The notes under the pieces are model-generated. The model was not told the DNA's origin. It saw only the letters and a list, made by a program, of their open reading frames with translations, and ran no database searches. Shown in pieces: positions 62,801-64,000 of a stretch of 64,000 nucleotides of DNA. The stretch is from Adineta vaga (lineage: Eukaryota > Animalia > Rotifera): positions 16,306,001 to 16,370,000 of the forward strand of contig CP075492.1 in assembly GCA_021613535.1 (NCBI GenBank), written 5' to 3'. Position numbers and translations under genes: made by a program. The first letter of the stretch is position 1, and each line of letters starts with the position of its first letter.

Positions 62801-63664
62801 TAAATTTAAAAACAATTGTTTTTTCTTACTGAAGGATTCATCAAACCAAATGGGATCCCATAGAAGAATATAGGATAAATATGTTTCATACGATAATACC
62901 CCTTCTGATTGTTTTAGTCTGTTGGAAAAAGAGACTCTTGGTACTGTTCTTTTATAACGGTTGGATAATGTATCAGATGTAGATACCTTGTATGTAATAA
63001 AAATATTTTCTGTTGTATTTTGGGCATTATTGGAATGATAATTTGATACTTCGGAAACAGATAATGATTCTGAATTGTTAGTGATTACTTCAGGTGCTTC
63101 ATATTCTGAATTGTTAGTGATTACTTCAGGTGCTTCATATTCTGAATTGTTAGTGATTACTTCAGGTGCTTCATATTCTGAATTGTTAGTGATTACTTCA
63201 GGTGCTTCATATTCTGAATTGTTAGTGATTACTTCAGGTGCTTCATATTCTGAATTGTTAGTGATTACTTCAGGTCCTTCATATTCTGAATTGTTAGTGA
63301 TTACTTCAGGTCCTTCATATTCTTCATATCCGAATTTTTGAAGAGTTAAAAACGAACTCTGAGGAAATTCAATCTCATCTTTAAGTGGAACGCTATCAAC
63401 ACTAGTAGAAATTACTGATGATTCTAATGACATATCAAATGGTATAGTTGGTTTGCATGGTTCTTCTATCACAGCGCAAGTAGATAACTCGCACAATGAG
63501 TCAGAAGCAATTGATTTCGATGTTTTTGAGTGCACAGAATTCTTAGAGTCGACTATATAAGAAAAAACCTGGAGATATGCATCTTTCAATATCGTATAAT
63601 TACTTTGACTACAACACACCAAACCAATAAAAATAATAATACCGATACAAAACAATAGAAACAT
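59807..63664 (-). CDS. Sen1/senataxin-like SF1 (Upf1-like) helicase, multi-exon; ends approximate, possibly defective
   Basis: VQGPPGT/GKS, RILVCTPSN, DEAGQ, GDPEQLPPTV, YRM, GIITPYRAQ, TVDGFQGREKD, RRLNVAVTRGK, WRSLIEDA. Confidence 0.85.
63071..63322. repeat. Coding minisatellite, 7 x 36 bp (EYE[A/G]PEVITNNS)
   Basis: Unit tgaattgttagtgattacttcaggt(g/c)cttcatattc; 5 copies with g and 2 with c. Confidence 0.97.
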
Positions 63665-64000
63665 AAGTGTAGATCTGAAATTAATAACTATTGTGGGTAC
63701 GCATCTTCTTTTTATTTAATAAAAAGGCCGACGAAAATAAGAGTAAAGTGTTTCGACGAGAAAATAAAACTTCAGCTAACTGTGTCTCATTAATACTGAT
63801 CTTCGAATTAAAGATAAATAGCGAATAAAAGAATGGTAGATATCTATCGTGAAACCTAATATACATGCAAAGCAAGAAAAATGAAAGAAAAAACAAAATA
63901 AAGCTTCGACTGGTGCTGATAGTGCGTAAACATATTCATCACATCCACATCCAGACTATATATGGATATGAAAATTTAGACTTAGAGATCATTTCTGTTC

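Noticed and set aside
63071-63322. 36-bp repeats as a CRISPR array
   Set aside because: Head-to-tail with no spacers, in frame within a coding exon, eukaryotic context, no cas genes.
16170-63664. Whole region as a co-regulated immunity cluster
   Set aside because: Defence-like genes are interspersed with unrelated ones and belong to families that appear expanded, so proximity alone is not evidence.

Overview
AT-rich eukaryotic DNA with many ~50-60-nt GT-AG introns. The gene families and the TGTGGG/TGAGGG-like repeats point to a bdelloid rotifer (inference). Genes: two convergent GPCR pairs in a ~6 kb segmental duplication (~2040-8625 and 45341-51020), a type I membrane protein with an HFRGGT motif, a damaged ART-TPR gene, a NO VEIN/sacsin-like HATPase-DUF3883 gene, a GT61 glycosyltransferase, an HSL-type hydrolase, a TIMP-like protein, a ubiquitin E2, a TFIIE-beta homologue and a Sen1-like helicase. 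There are also several pseudogenes, including an expansin-like one, and several DNA transposons (a foldback element with a 9-bp TSD, two hAT-like MITEs, a Tc4/Tc5-like element). Two observations stand out. (1) A DED exon, a TM/coiled-coil exon and a ~28-repeat TPR exon can be joined in frame through three phase-1 introns, giving a candidate DED-TM-TPR receptor. (2) About a dozen short head-to-head telomere-like palindromes are dispersed through the window. One marks the duplication breakpoint, and a related G-rich arm truncates the TPR array. All domain calls come from motif recognition by eye; no searches were run.
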